A stretch of DNA of 64,000 bases. It comes from Octopus bimaculoides (lineage: Eukaryota). The notes under the pieces are model-generated. The model was not told the DNA's origin and searched no databases. It saw only the letters and a program-made list of their open reading frames with translations. The stretch covers positions 53,396,291-53,460,290 of the forward strand of contig NC_068984.1 in the NCBI RefSeq assembly GCF_001194135.2, written 5' to 3'. The position numbers were made by a program, and so were the translations under genes. Of this stretch, positions 36,543 to 47,889 are shown piece after piece. Positions within the stretch are counted from its first letter, which is position 1. Every line of letters begins with the position of its first letter.

Positions 36543-37138
36543 GTTGACCCAGGGCTATAGTAGAAGACACCCAAGGTGCCATGCAGTGGGCTTGAACTCA
36601 GAATCATGTTGTTAGGTAGTAAACCTCTCATCACACTGCCATGCCTGTGCCTATCATAACTGTTGATAATAATGAAGCCAACGAGGAAGCCACAATATGG
36701 TCCTTCAACCTATTAGAAATAGTAGCCAAATCACACTGTGTTGAATAAAGAAAGGTACATTGGATAGTGNNNNNNNNNNNNNNNNNNNNNNNNNNNNNNN
36801 NNNNNTCCTTGATAGACAAATACTACAGGAGATCTGCCCTAACTGAACAGACTGATGATCCAAAGACATTCCAGTTGTGACTGTCCTGTAGTATTTGTCT
36901 ATCAAGGACAACACTATCCAATGTACCTTTCTTTATTCAACACAGTGTGATTTGGCTACTATTTCTAATAGGTTGAAGGACCATATTGTGGCTTCCTCGT
37001 TGGCTTCATTATTATCAACAGTTATGATAGGCACAGGCATGGCAGTGTGATGAGAGGTTTACTACCTAACAACATGATTCTGAGTTCAAGCCCACTGCAT
37101 GGCACCTTGGGTGTCTTCTACTATAGCCCTGGGTCAAC
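36543..37138. repeat. Perfect inverted repeat around a 53-bp spacer, interrupted by a 36-N gap
   Basis: 36543-36769 plus 36806-36830 are the exact reverse complement of 36884-37138; spacer 36831-36883. Confidence 0.85.
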
Positions 37139-37919
37139 CAAAGCTTTGTGCGTGGATTTGGCAGATAGAAACTGAAAGTAGTTTGCTGTGTGTGTGTGTG
37201 TGTATGTGTGTGCACACGCATGCATGTGTGTGTGTGCATTTGTGTCTTCATGTCTTGACATTGCATCATCATTATCACCATCATTTAGTGCCTGCTTTCT
37301 ATGTTGGCATGGGTTAAATAGTTTGACTGAAACTGGTAAGCAGGTTCCAATCTGATTTGGCATGGTTTCTATGGCTGGATGCCCTTCTTAATGTCAACCA
37401 CTCCAAGAGCATAATGGGTACTTTTTACATGCCACCAGCACAGGTGCCAGTTGCGTGACACTGGCATCAGCCACAACTGTGATAGTTGTAAGATGATTGT
37501 CACTGACATACAAGTAGAGTTATTCATTTCCAATATTCTTTGAGTATGTCTGGCCATAGGTAAATATTATTTTGCTTGGAAACAAGTGAGGGTTGGTCAC
37601 AGGAAGAGCATCTGGCTGTTGAAAATCTACCACAAATAAACTCCATATGACCATTGCAAGCATGGAAAGGGTGGACTTTAAATGATGATGATGATGGTGG
37701 ACTGAAATAGTTGCTAGCACTCATTGAATTCTCTGTTATTTCTATTAGACTCTCCACTGACTCAAACAGTTGATAAATGGAGGGAATTAATAAATTTTAT
37801 TGCTAGGAATGTAGCACTAGCTAATCAATACCTGATGTTCAGTAACATGATGGCACTAATTACATATTATAAACATGGGAACAAGGTCATACATTTGTGG
37901 GGAACATACTGTTAATTAA

Positions 37920-38455
37920 CCTTTTAGCATTTAAACTGGCCATATCTGGCCAAAATAATCTACCTGTTTTATCTTCAAAGTGGCCAGATCCAGCCTCTCA
38001 TACTTACCCTACAATATTATTCTAAAAATGAACATTCATGGTGCAGGCGTGGCTGTATGGTAAGAAGCTTGCTTCTGGGTAAGTGTTTTCTACTATAACC
38101 TCAGGCCGACCAAAACCCTGCGAGTGAATTTGGTAGACGGAGACTGAAAGAAGCTTTTGTGTGCGTGTGTGTTTGTTCCACCATCATCACTTGACAACTG
38201 ATGTTGGTGTGTTTATGTACCCGTAACTTAGTGGTTTGGCAAAAGAATCCAATACAATAAGTACTAGACTTTAAAAAATAAGTCTTGGGGTCAAATTGTT
38301 TGACTAAAACCCTTTAAGGCAGTCTAATGATTGAAAGAAGTAAAAGAATAACACCATTGAAATCTCAAAGCTACACAGTAATGCATGATTAATTCAAATC
38401 AATGTAAATAGATATTATTTATTACATTTGACAGAGAAATGTGAATGCTAAAGGG
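37920..38455. mobile_element. piggyBac-like MITE (third family) with a nested family A SINE (about 38036-38350)
   Basis: TTAA|ccttttagcatt ... aatgctaaaggg|TTAA. An uninterrupted related copy lies at about 43241-43462. Confidence 0.75.
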
Positions 38456-38639
38456 TTAAACTGACTCCTGTAATTTATGTGTTATTCTGCTTTATTAACC
38501 CCAGAAGGTAAGGTTAGATCTAAATATGAATTTGGATGAGAAAAGGTTGCAACTAAATATGAGAAAGCATTTTGTCTGGCTAATGACTGTCAATTCACCA
38601 CCTTAACAACAACAATGATAATCCTTTCTGAGATTAACA

Positions 38640-39403
38640 CAAAACCAGATATTTAGTGGTGGTGGTGGAGAAATCAGTTGGTTAAATCAACCTGAGTACT
38701 TGACTATTTCTAAAAGGATGAAAGTTAAGTTGACTTTGACTAGATTTGAACTCAGAACATTAAGAATTGAAACCATCAAATAATAATAATTCTTTCTCCT
38801 TTAGACACAAAGCTGGAAATTTTGGGGGAGGTGGCTAGTTGATTACATCAACCTCAATGCTCAACTGGTACTTATTGTATTAACCATGAAAGAATAAAAG
38901 ACAAAGCTAAGGAGAAACAAAATACCACTAAGCATTTTGCCCTGTGTGCTAACAGTTCTGTCAACTTGTCTCAAATTCTTTCTATTTTGGTACAAAGCCA
39001 GGAATTTTTCAAGTGAGACGTAAGTGAATTACAGTGCTAAACTGATACTTATTTTATTGACCCCAAAATGATGAATGGCAAAGTCGACTTCAGCAGGTTT
39101 TGAACCAAGAATGTAAAGATCTGGAAGAAATGCTGTCAAGCATTTTGTTCAACATGCTAATGACTGTACCAGTTCACTGCCTTGAGATAATAATAATACC
39201 TCCCACTATGGGCACAAGGCCTAAAATTTTTGGGGGTGGGGATGGCTAGTTACTACCTCGACCCAGTGTACAACTGGTATTTATTTCATTGACCTTTAAC
39301 GGATGGAAGTAAAGTTGACCATGGTAGAATTTGAATGTAAAGACAGACAAAATGCTGCTGGGCATTTCTTTGGGTGTGCTAACAATTCTGCCAACATATT
39401 ACC

Positions 39404-39447
<44 letters not shown>

Positions 39448-39660
39448 CCTTTCTGTTATAGGTACAAAGCCTGACATTTGGGTGAGGGGACAGTTGATTA
39501 CATCGACTTCAGTACACAGCTAGTACTTATTTTATTGACCTGGAAAGGATGAAAGGTAAAGTTGACCACTACGGAATTTGAACTCAGAATGTAATGATGA
39601 AAGAAATGCAGCGAACCATTTCGCCCAGCGTGCTACCAATTCTGCCAGCTTGCTGCCTCG
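38640..39660 (-). mobile_element. Head-to-tail array of about five family B SINEs separated by (AAT)n
   Basis: Repeated modules ...gattacatc.acc.cagt...caactggtacttatttt.ttgacc...aaggatgaaagg.aaagttgac...gaatttgaactcagaa...taagcattttg...gctaacaattctgcca. Confidence 0.75.
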
Positions 39661-39989
39661 GTACAAAACTAGGAATTTTTTAAGTGAGAAGGAAGTCAAT
39701 TACAGTCCCCTCCACCAAATTTCAAGCTTTGTGTCTATAGCAGAAAGGATTATTATTATTGTTATTATTAAGGTAATATGTTGGCAGAATTGTTAGTACA
39801 GCAGAAGAAATGCCTAGCAGCATTTTGTCTGTCTTTACATTCAAATTCTGCCATGGTCAACTTTACTTCCAAGAGCACTCTGAGAGTGCAAACTTCTGCC
39901 AAGGCAACACCAGTGTCCTCTCAGCGATTAACTGGGGATGATTTTTAAAATGAGAATATCTGAAATACACTTGACTGTTCTTATAAACG

Positions 39990-40735
39990 AGAATACTAAA
40001 ATGAACCTGACTGCTCACAAAAATTAAGTAAAAAAAACGGAAAAATAATCCAGAATCCTTGTCTGGTACCTGATCGATTCCAATGGTAGTCATGGAATGT
40101 GAAGGTGGCTGTAGAAAATTTAGTAACAGTAATAAATAGTTTATCCTAATCTAATACAAACCAAAGTTAACAAATTCACCGTTCAAAATAGTTTCAAAGG
40201 TGGAGGTAATAATAAGTTCTACTCAGGAATTTTTAAATGAATAGCATGAGACCTTTTTGTTTTCTCTTCTCTTAAATTTCGGCTTTCCTTTGGTATTCCT
40301 GTTGTTTTAGATCTATGTATATATATATATATATGTAAATATACTGTAAAGTGTTAATATGCATATATAATGTATATATTATAAAAACATGTTAGTGTTA
40401 TTTAATTTCTGAACAGTTTTGCTGCGGTTTGTTTATATAGTTTGATTTCTTTATCCATCAGTTTCTTCTAAGACAGAGACGTAAGTAAAATTAATAATAG
40501 AGAAACGAAAATAAAACTTTGGAAACAGCCTAAAGGAAGAAAATTGAGAAAGACTTGAAGTCAATGTAAGATCGTAATCATGTAAAGTAAATATAACAAA
40601 TAATCCAGAATCCTTGTCTGGTACCGGATCGATCCTAAAATCTAATCAGTTCATGCCAGTCATGAGGCCAAACATCCAGCGGTTCTTGAGATATGACTGA
40701 AAACAATACCTCCACCTTAGCGAAGGCGGCGGTAA
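39990..40735 (-). mobile_element. Two tandem HINE/DINE-like fragments
   Basis: Direct repeat aaataatccagaatccttgtctggtacc.gatcgat at about 40043 and 40599; the end reads on the minus strand ttaccgccgccttcgctaaggtggaggtattgttttcagtc. Confidence 0.4.
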
Positions 40736-41486
40736 GGCACAAGGTTTGAAATTTTGGGGGACGGACCGCATTGCGGTACCGACCACGCCGTCGGAGCATG
40801 GCCGGCAGCAGCCGCCTGGCTGGCTTCATCGGCTCTGACTACTACTGCTACCAGTAAAAGAGGGTTGGTATTAAAAGGGTTTACCCGTGGTGGTGGGGGT
40901 ACTAAATTATAATTATACCTCGTAGATTTTAACTCTCTTCACCATGCCAGTCTCAGCAGCCCAGAAGGACCACTCCCTACTTCCTGTCATTAAACCAAAA
41001 CAAGAATACACATAAAATTCAAAAGAATATGGTAAATAATTTATCTAGTAACTAATTCAGCATCATCATTTATCTAATTTTTCATGCCGGCATGGGTCAG
41101 ACAGAATTTGTTGTAGATTTTTTTTTACAGCCAGACGCTCTTCCTGTCGCAAACCCTTACCTATTTCCAAGTAAGGTAATACTTCCCATTTCAACAGAAG
41201 ATTAGAAAAGGACACAACTTGCATGAGGGTGATTTTCGTTTACAACTATCATATGAAGTCAAGGCGACAGTAACAAACACATACACACAATGGGCTTTCA
41301 GTTCTTGTTTACCAAATCCACTCACAAGGTTTTGGTCGGCCTGGGGCTATAGTAGAATGCACTTGCCCAAGGTGCCATGCAGTAGAATTGAACCTGAGAC
41401 TATGAAGTTGAGAAACAAATTTCTTACAGCACAGTCATGCCTACATGTATCTTGTTCTTGCTGTGAAATGAGTTTTTAACACCTAC

Positions 41487-41712
41487 CTTGCCTTGTTGAA
41501 GACATATATTGAGAATCTTGTTGACTGGACCATTCTGTGGAACTTTTAAGTATATTGTTGTCCAGCCAAAGTTGATGAAGACCTTTAAGGAGGTGTACAA
41601 ACTCATTGTCTACTCGGTCACTACTAAACCAGTTACTACAATGCAGGATTTTTTTAACGATGATTTCTATATTTTGAATAGATTGTTCGAAATACACGTT
41701 TTTTTGAATCAT
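41487..41712 (-). CDS. Gene B probable first coding exon
   Basis: ATG at 41712 opens MIQKNVYFEQSIQNIEIIVKKILHCSNWFSSDRVDNEFVHLLKGLHQLWLDNNILKSSTEWSSQQDSQYMSSTRQ; donor AAG|gtaggt is phase 1 and joins exon 2. Alternatively the exon starts at an internal acceptor (cattgtag|, 41635) and an upstream exon is missing. Confidence 0.7.
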
Positions 41713-42085
41713 TATTTCGTAGTTCGCGCTATGGGGTATGTACTTGAAATATTTTACCTTAACCAAACATACACTTAAAATTTCCCCCTTAAAACTAAGT
41801 TTGTTTTGCGAGTGTATTTCGCTGTTACCAAGGACGTCGTCAACTATAAAGGGAGTTAACTCATGCTTCTATTACGAGACAACCCTTTCATTTAAAATAT
41901 CTGTGAAAAGGCAGCAAGCTAGCGGAAACACGTGCACGTCGGACAAAATGCTTATCAGCATTTGTTCTGCAACTTTATATTTCTCAGCTCAACTTCCGCC
42001 GAGGTCGACTTTGCTTCTCATTCCTTCGGGGTCGATAAAATAAAGTACAGTCAAGGGATCTTTGGGGTTTGACGGGCAACATTTG

Positions 42086-42762
42086 TTTTCTTAACGAAAC
42101 ACTTTCAAACTTGGGACACTGGTAGAATGTGTCATATAAAACAACTTCTTCTGTTAACCTTCTTAACAAAAAATTGTACATCGCAAGTTATTTCAAGTTA
42201 AAAAGTTGTCGTATTTCTGTAATTTCAACCAATCACTGACGTCTATTCAGCTGAATAAAGTTACTGCTGTTCGGTGTCAAGTGTGTTATTCCCTGTTTAA
42301 TTATATCATTATTCCCTAGTAAGGTTTTAGGGTTAGGGTTAGGGTTCGGGTTTTAGGGTTAGGGTTGGGGTTAGTGTTAGGGTTAGGGTTATGGGTTATA
42401 GGGTTAGAGTTAAGGTTATGGCAAAAATAATCATAACCCTAACCGTAATCCTAAAACTAACCCTAACTCTAAAACCCGAACCCTAACCCTAAAGCTAAAA
42501 CCAGTACAAACGCACGAACGATGTCATAAATAAGAGTAACACGGGTAGTTGTTGAGAAACAACGGGACTAACAAGGGAAAAGATCCCATAACACCGTTAC
42601 GACATTAATTGTTTTCACCTCAATAGACGTCAGTGATTGGTTGAAATTACTGAAATACGACAATTTTTTACATAAAATAACTTCGAATACAAAATTTTTT
42701 ATCTGTTCTATACCACAAAATATACAAATATTCGAAGTTTGAAAGTGTTTCGGTACTAAAAA
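42086..42762. mobile_element. Foldback/MITE-like element with central mirrored telomere-like repeats
   Basis: 18-bp perfect IR (42095-42112 / 42735-42752) and 42-bp IR with 1 mismatch (42207-42248 / 42622-42663); TTAGGG-type repeats at 42327-42419 face CCCTAA-type repeats at 42433-42502. Confidence 0.75.
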
Positions 42763-42772
42763 NNNNNNNNNN

Positions 42773-42831
<59 letters not shown>

Positions 42832-43597
42832 GGGGATGGAGAGAAAGAGAGAGGTTAACATTAGATTGTATAACATCAGAAGTTTTTATACAATTTGATG
42901 TATAATTTAGATGAAGGAATGTTTTACATGATGAATCAAACCACTAAAAGTTCACATGACAGGAGGAAGGAAAAAACGCTGGAGAATGTATATATTTTCT
43001 TGATATGGTATTCTCTACCCTAAATTGTTGATTCAAATCAACAAATATTTTCATGAGGCTCTACATTCAAAAAGCAAACAAAATATAGTAGGCTTTGTGG
43101 TATCAATTTATTGTTTTATATTTTTGCAAGACAGGATTGTCAGATTTTTATTTAGCTGTTGCTTAACTCAAGCTCAGCTCTGATTGAGCAGACATATCTT
43201 GAATTAGCTTGTCAAATGTGTCCTTCCAGTTTTATTTTTAACCCTTTAATATTTAAACTGGCCATATCTGGCCCAAATATTATACCTGTCTCGTGTACAG
43301 ACTGGCCATTTTCAGCCTCTCACATCTACCCTACAATGTCATTCTAAGAATAAAAGAGCACATCATGGTAATCTCAAAGCCATCAGATAATGTATGATTA
43401 ATTCACAGCAATGTGAATAAAGAAGCATTACATTAAACAGAATAATCTGAATGGTAGAGTTAAGTTGTGTGATCTAATGGAATTTGGCTATTTGTAGCTT
43501 GTTGAATGATCACAGATGAGTTCCCTCATGAAATTATTAATATTTAGTTGTTAAATTTGAATAGCCCCAGTCACATCCTCATGGGATCATAGCATGG

Positions 43598-43632
<35 letters not shown>

Positions 43633-44419
43633 TCACTCATGTAATTTTCATTTCAGAGGATTCAGTCCTAAGATTTAGGGATTGAAATATGGGGTTCTCT
43701 TTGTAAAGCTAGTGGTAAATTTGTTAAAGAAGTATCCTTACTAAACCAAAGTAGCTGTTAATAGTGAAAATACTAGACTAGCACTAACAATATGTTGGAC
43801 AGCTTATGAAAACACAGAGGTTATATTTTCACAAGATCATACTTCAACAGCTACGATTATGTTGTAACAGTTTCATTAAATAATATTCATTCCATACTTT
43901 GAAGAATACCAAACAGGACATCATGACAACCATTATTTCATCTTTGCATTGGAATGGCAGAATCATTGAAGTGTTGGACAAAATGTTTTGCAATATTTAG
44001 TTATGGTCCTTTACATTCTGATTTCAAATCCCACTGAGATTGACTTTGACCTTCATAATTTTGGGTCAATAAAATAAGTAGCAGTCATGTACAAAGGTTG
44101 ATGTAATCTATTTAACCTCAAAATTTTGCTCCCTGTGTCTTCTTTAGAAATATTACTTCTGGCTCTAAGCTCTGGTTTCAAATCCTGCTGAGGTTAACTT
44201 AGTCTATCATCCTTCTAGGGTTGATCAATCAAGTAATAGGGTCAAATTAATCAGCTAACCCTTCTCATCAAACTTCAGCCTCTGTACCTGTGTTAGAGAA
44301 AATAGTTTATTTTTGGTATAAAAGCTGGCTAGTCCCTAACTACATGACAATACTTACCACTGAATAAATAAAATAACAGCACTAACACATTCTATGTCAT
44401 CTGCAAATAAAGGAAGGAA

Positions 44420-44640
44420 AATAGGTGGCGAACTGGTAGAAATGTTAGCACACTGGGCGAAATACTTAGAGGTATTTCGTCTGTCTTTACATTCTGAGTT
44501 CAAATTCCGCCAAGGTCAACTTTGCCTTTCATACTTTTGGGGTCGATAAATTAAGTACCAGTTGCATACTGGGGTCAATCTAATTGACTGCCCCCCCCCC
44601 TCAAAAATTTCAGGCCTTGTGCTTAGAGTAGAAAAGAATG
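44420..44640 (+). mobile_element. SINE family B, full-length
   Basis: ggtggcgaactggtagaaatgttagcacactgggcgaaatactt...gagttcaaattccgcc...ggggtcgataaattaagtaccag...aaatttcaggccttgtg. Confidence 0.75.
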
Positions 44641-46654
44641 GCTGTGCCACTTTGTACAATTTGTGGCATTTAAAGAAACAAATTTCATAATATTCAAGAG
44701 TGCAAGTTAACTTCAGAATAAATGAGTCAATTGACCATCAAATCAAGTGTTTTCAAGACTGAATACTACAGAAAGAGTCACTAATATAATTTGCTTCTTC
44801 CATACGGTTTTGTATTAATACACATAGGTTTGTTTCTGTTGGTAACTTGTACATTGTTATTGCTTTCCACTTTATAATCCTTGGTTTTGGCATCTGTTGT
44901 AAGCATAAAACAGTGTTCCAATCTGGCATTTATACTGTCAAGATAAAAACTGTTTTCAGGCAAGATGTGTAGTTGCATGGTTATATTAACAAGCCAACAA
45001 AGGAGTCTTTCCATGCCTGTTTGACCTGCAAGAAACAACAGCCAAATATTCTGCTAATCAAACCCTATTGTTTTTGGAAAGCAATGGACATATGCCTAAA
45101 ATGATGGGGTGGTCATGAATGGAGTGACATTGACCAAAGCTCACTTCTGATGAAACAAACTTCAGATAGACATAAATATAATAGCGTTAGAATACTTTGT
45201 ACCAACATCTGATAGTTATATTAGCCTTACAATTTTCACTGTAGAAACTCGGAAATCCTATTATGTATACAGCAATGTAGTTGTTTAACTCAAAGCACTC
45301 CTGATCTGGTTAATTTTTGATTAAGGATATTCTATCCCTCATCAACATACCATTTAATCAGGTATAATGTATCAAGGATTACATCATCTGATATATCCTT
45401 TCTTTTTTAAAGACACTAAAGTTTGGTTTTGTGAGAGAGATATGATTGCTATTTCTAGCAGGTTGAGCTATGTAGATACTTATTCATTAAGATAAATCTA
45501 AGGGGAAGCAAATCACACTTGTGTCAATACAGTTGCAATTGTATTACTTGAAAGTTGGAGGGAAAAAATTATATCAAGGGTTTGGTGCAATGTTTCCATT
45601 TAAAAATGACCCTCCCCTCGAAAAAATCCCACAAAACAAATCTAAGGTGTCAGTTATCTTTATGCCTTTCTTTTTTACTGGAAAGTTCTTTTAGTAATTT
45701 TATTTCATATGTAGTGAATAGTTAATTTGATGGACTAGTACACATGTCATTGTTTCCAACTTACCAGTTCTACCCGCTTGTAACTAAAGGACAGTTTATT
45801 GTCTTGGACTAAACACAGAACAATACTTATGAATGGGACACACTAAATCTTCAGCTGTGAGGTAGCAAACTGTAGCCTTGGCCCATTCTGATTTGCAGTA
45901 TTATTCATTATTGCAATGTCATTTCATCAAATACTGAGGATGTGGACTCATCTGTTTCATCAAATTTCTAGCCACATATTCACTCTCCTCTTTCATTTGT
46001 ATTTCATTCAGGTCTCCAAGTCTAAAAACAGTTTGTGCCGGAGTTTAAAGACTTTTCGTGTGAGAAGTGTCAAGCCAGCCATATTTTACTGATAATTTTA
46101 TCAAATTATCAAAGCCACCTACAAAATATTATCACCACACAAGAAAAAAAAAGTAAACAATGAAGTATGTGTGTGAACTTTAAGGTAACTGTAATAAATC
46201 AAGTAAAAAGGAAGCTTTATACTATTTATCTAAATATAAAGTTAAAAAAAAAAGGAAAATTAAATGTTGGGCAGGTTTAAATTGCTAAGTGAATAACAAT
46301 TTTTAAGCTAGTGAAATTGTAACTTGGCACTTTTATAAACGACCCAAAGTATTTAAAATAATTACAAGAGGCTTTGAAAGATTAGTGTTGGACTATGTAA
46401 ATCCAAAATGTATTAAAATAAAATATAAAAAAATCGTTGTAAAAGATTATTTAGCAAATGAACATTAAAAAATATCCAATTTAGTGCTTTTTGATATTGG
46501 TTAGCTAATTTCAATATAAGTCTTTTTAATTTATAAAATTAACTAGATTCCAATATATAGCAAAATGAATTGGACCCAATGACTTCAGAAGCTGTCTGGT
46601 GTAAGATTCTTGTTATTCATTGCTGTAAAGATTAAATTACCTTGTAAATGAAAT

Positions 46655-47797
46655 TCATAAAAAGAAATGTTTCCCTTGAATACTTAAAGACTTTCCAGGT
46701 TTTTGTGAGTTTGTGAGTCTTGATATATATGCTTTTGGTTCTTTTCCATCAATTGCATAGCCGACGCACATACTTGAGGTGCAATGTGCCGACACAAGTT
46801 CAATTTCATTAGCTTCTGCTAATTTTATGAGCAATGCACCTGCATACTTATCTTTAATATTGCTCAGTAAAGGGGATTCGAAAAACTTCCGCTCAAAAGC
46901 TTTGTTAACAGCTAATGTTGTATCCTCTTCAGATAGAATACACTCAGCAAATTCTTTTGCAAAAATGGTCCTGATAAGATATTCACCGGTGCCAGATGTT
47001 ACAACCCCAATACCAGCCGAATCAGCAGTATTATTAGCCGCCCAGCAACCAGCACCAAAAACAGCTGCGGAACCTAGCCGACCAGGTTGCTTTAGAGATA
47101 GTCCACCACTAGATACAGCACAAGCAATATTCCCTTGTTTATCTACACATATGGCACCGACTGTATCTTGGTGCTGAGAAATATCATCATTGTTTTCAAC
47201 TTCTTCGATGTTGGAAGACGAATCATTTCTATGATTTATAACCGATTTCTTTTCAAGATATTTTCTTTTAGCTTTACAATTAAGCCGGTTATCAAGTGCC
47301 AAAAGCTTTTTTTTGTAGTTTTCATAAGTCTTTTGTGATGATTCTGTTACCAGAATGTTATCGGACACATGGTTTAAACCTTGCTTCAGAGCCCAGTCAT
47401 AGGCTCCTCGTCCGACTAGAATACTCGGAGGGATTCTACCGAGAGATAATCCTTTCAGCTGAGCATCAATTAATGTTTTTGCTATACATACAGGATTTTT
47501 TATGCCAGATACAGCGCCAACAGCCCCATAAGCCCTTGTATGTCCGTCCATTACAGAGGCATCACATTCTACGGTTCCATTTAGTGTTAAATTCGAGCCA
47601 ATTCCGGCATTTGTACATGTCGCATCTTCCAAAACTGCTAGAACTGAAACTACAGCATTCAGTGCTGATATGTTATTTTTCAATGACTTAATTCCAATTT
47701 GGCAGGCAGTCTTACAAGTTTTAGTATAATCAGTTTCTTTAGAAAACGAATGATAGCCAGCTCCAGCATGAACAGCAACAAAAGGTTTCATCGCCAT
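46655..47797 (-). CDS. TASP1: Threonine aspartase 1 (Taspase-1), type-2 asparaginase / Ntn-hydrolase; intronless 380-aa ORF
   Basis: FVAVHAGAG, LED...TNAG.GSNLT..GTVECDASVMDG, GAVGAVSGIKNPV, GRIPP.ILVG.GA, autocleavage site D211/T212 in QDTVGAICVD, SSGG..LK.PGR.G.AA.FGAGCWA, TSG.GE.L.RT; Kozak-like aaaATGG. Confidence 0.95.
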   Translation of the reverse strand: MAMKPFVAVHAGAGYHSFSKETDYTKTCKTACQIGIKSLKNNISALNAVVSVLAVLEDATCTNAGIGSNLTLNGTVECDASVMDGHTRAYGAVGAVSGIKNPVCIAKTLIDAQLKGLSLGRIPPSILVGRGAYDWALKQGLNHVSDNILVTESSQKTYENYKKKLLALDNRLNCKAKRKYLEKKSVINHRNDSSSNIEEVENNDDISQHQDTVGAICVDKQGNIACAVSSGGLSLKQPGRLGSAAVFGAGCWAANNTADSAGIGVVTSGTGEYLIRTIFAKEFAECILSEEDTTLAVNKAFERKFFESPLLSNIKDKYAGALLIKLAEANEIELVSAHCTSSMCVGYAIDGKEPKAYISRLTNSQKPGKSLSIQGKHFFL

Positions 47798-47889
47798 TTT
47801 GTTGTGAGTGTTTCCCCTTTAACATCATAGTTATTTCCCTTGAATTAGAAAGTTTTTTTTTTTTTACTTCCGAATGCATATCTTTCTTG

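Noticed and set aside
42327-42502. Ancient telomere-telomere fusion site
   Set aside because: Variant repeat units are mirror copies and are enclosed by larger inverted repeats. This fits one foldback element, not two independent telomeres.
44781-45038. 85-aa minus-strand ORF with a good internal acceptor, as an extra gene B exon
   Set aside because: It ends in a stop and cannot join gene B in frame; no recognisable homology.
45760-46083. Minus-strand frame MAGLTLLTRKVFKLRH... with seven in-frame TGA codons (possible selenoprotein)
   Set aside because: The TGAs arise from gatgaa-type repeats read out of frame. The context has no Cys/Sec-type motifs, and I could not identify a SECIS or a homologue.
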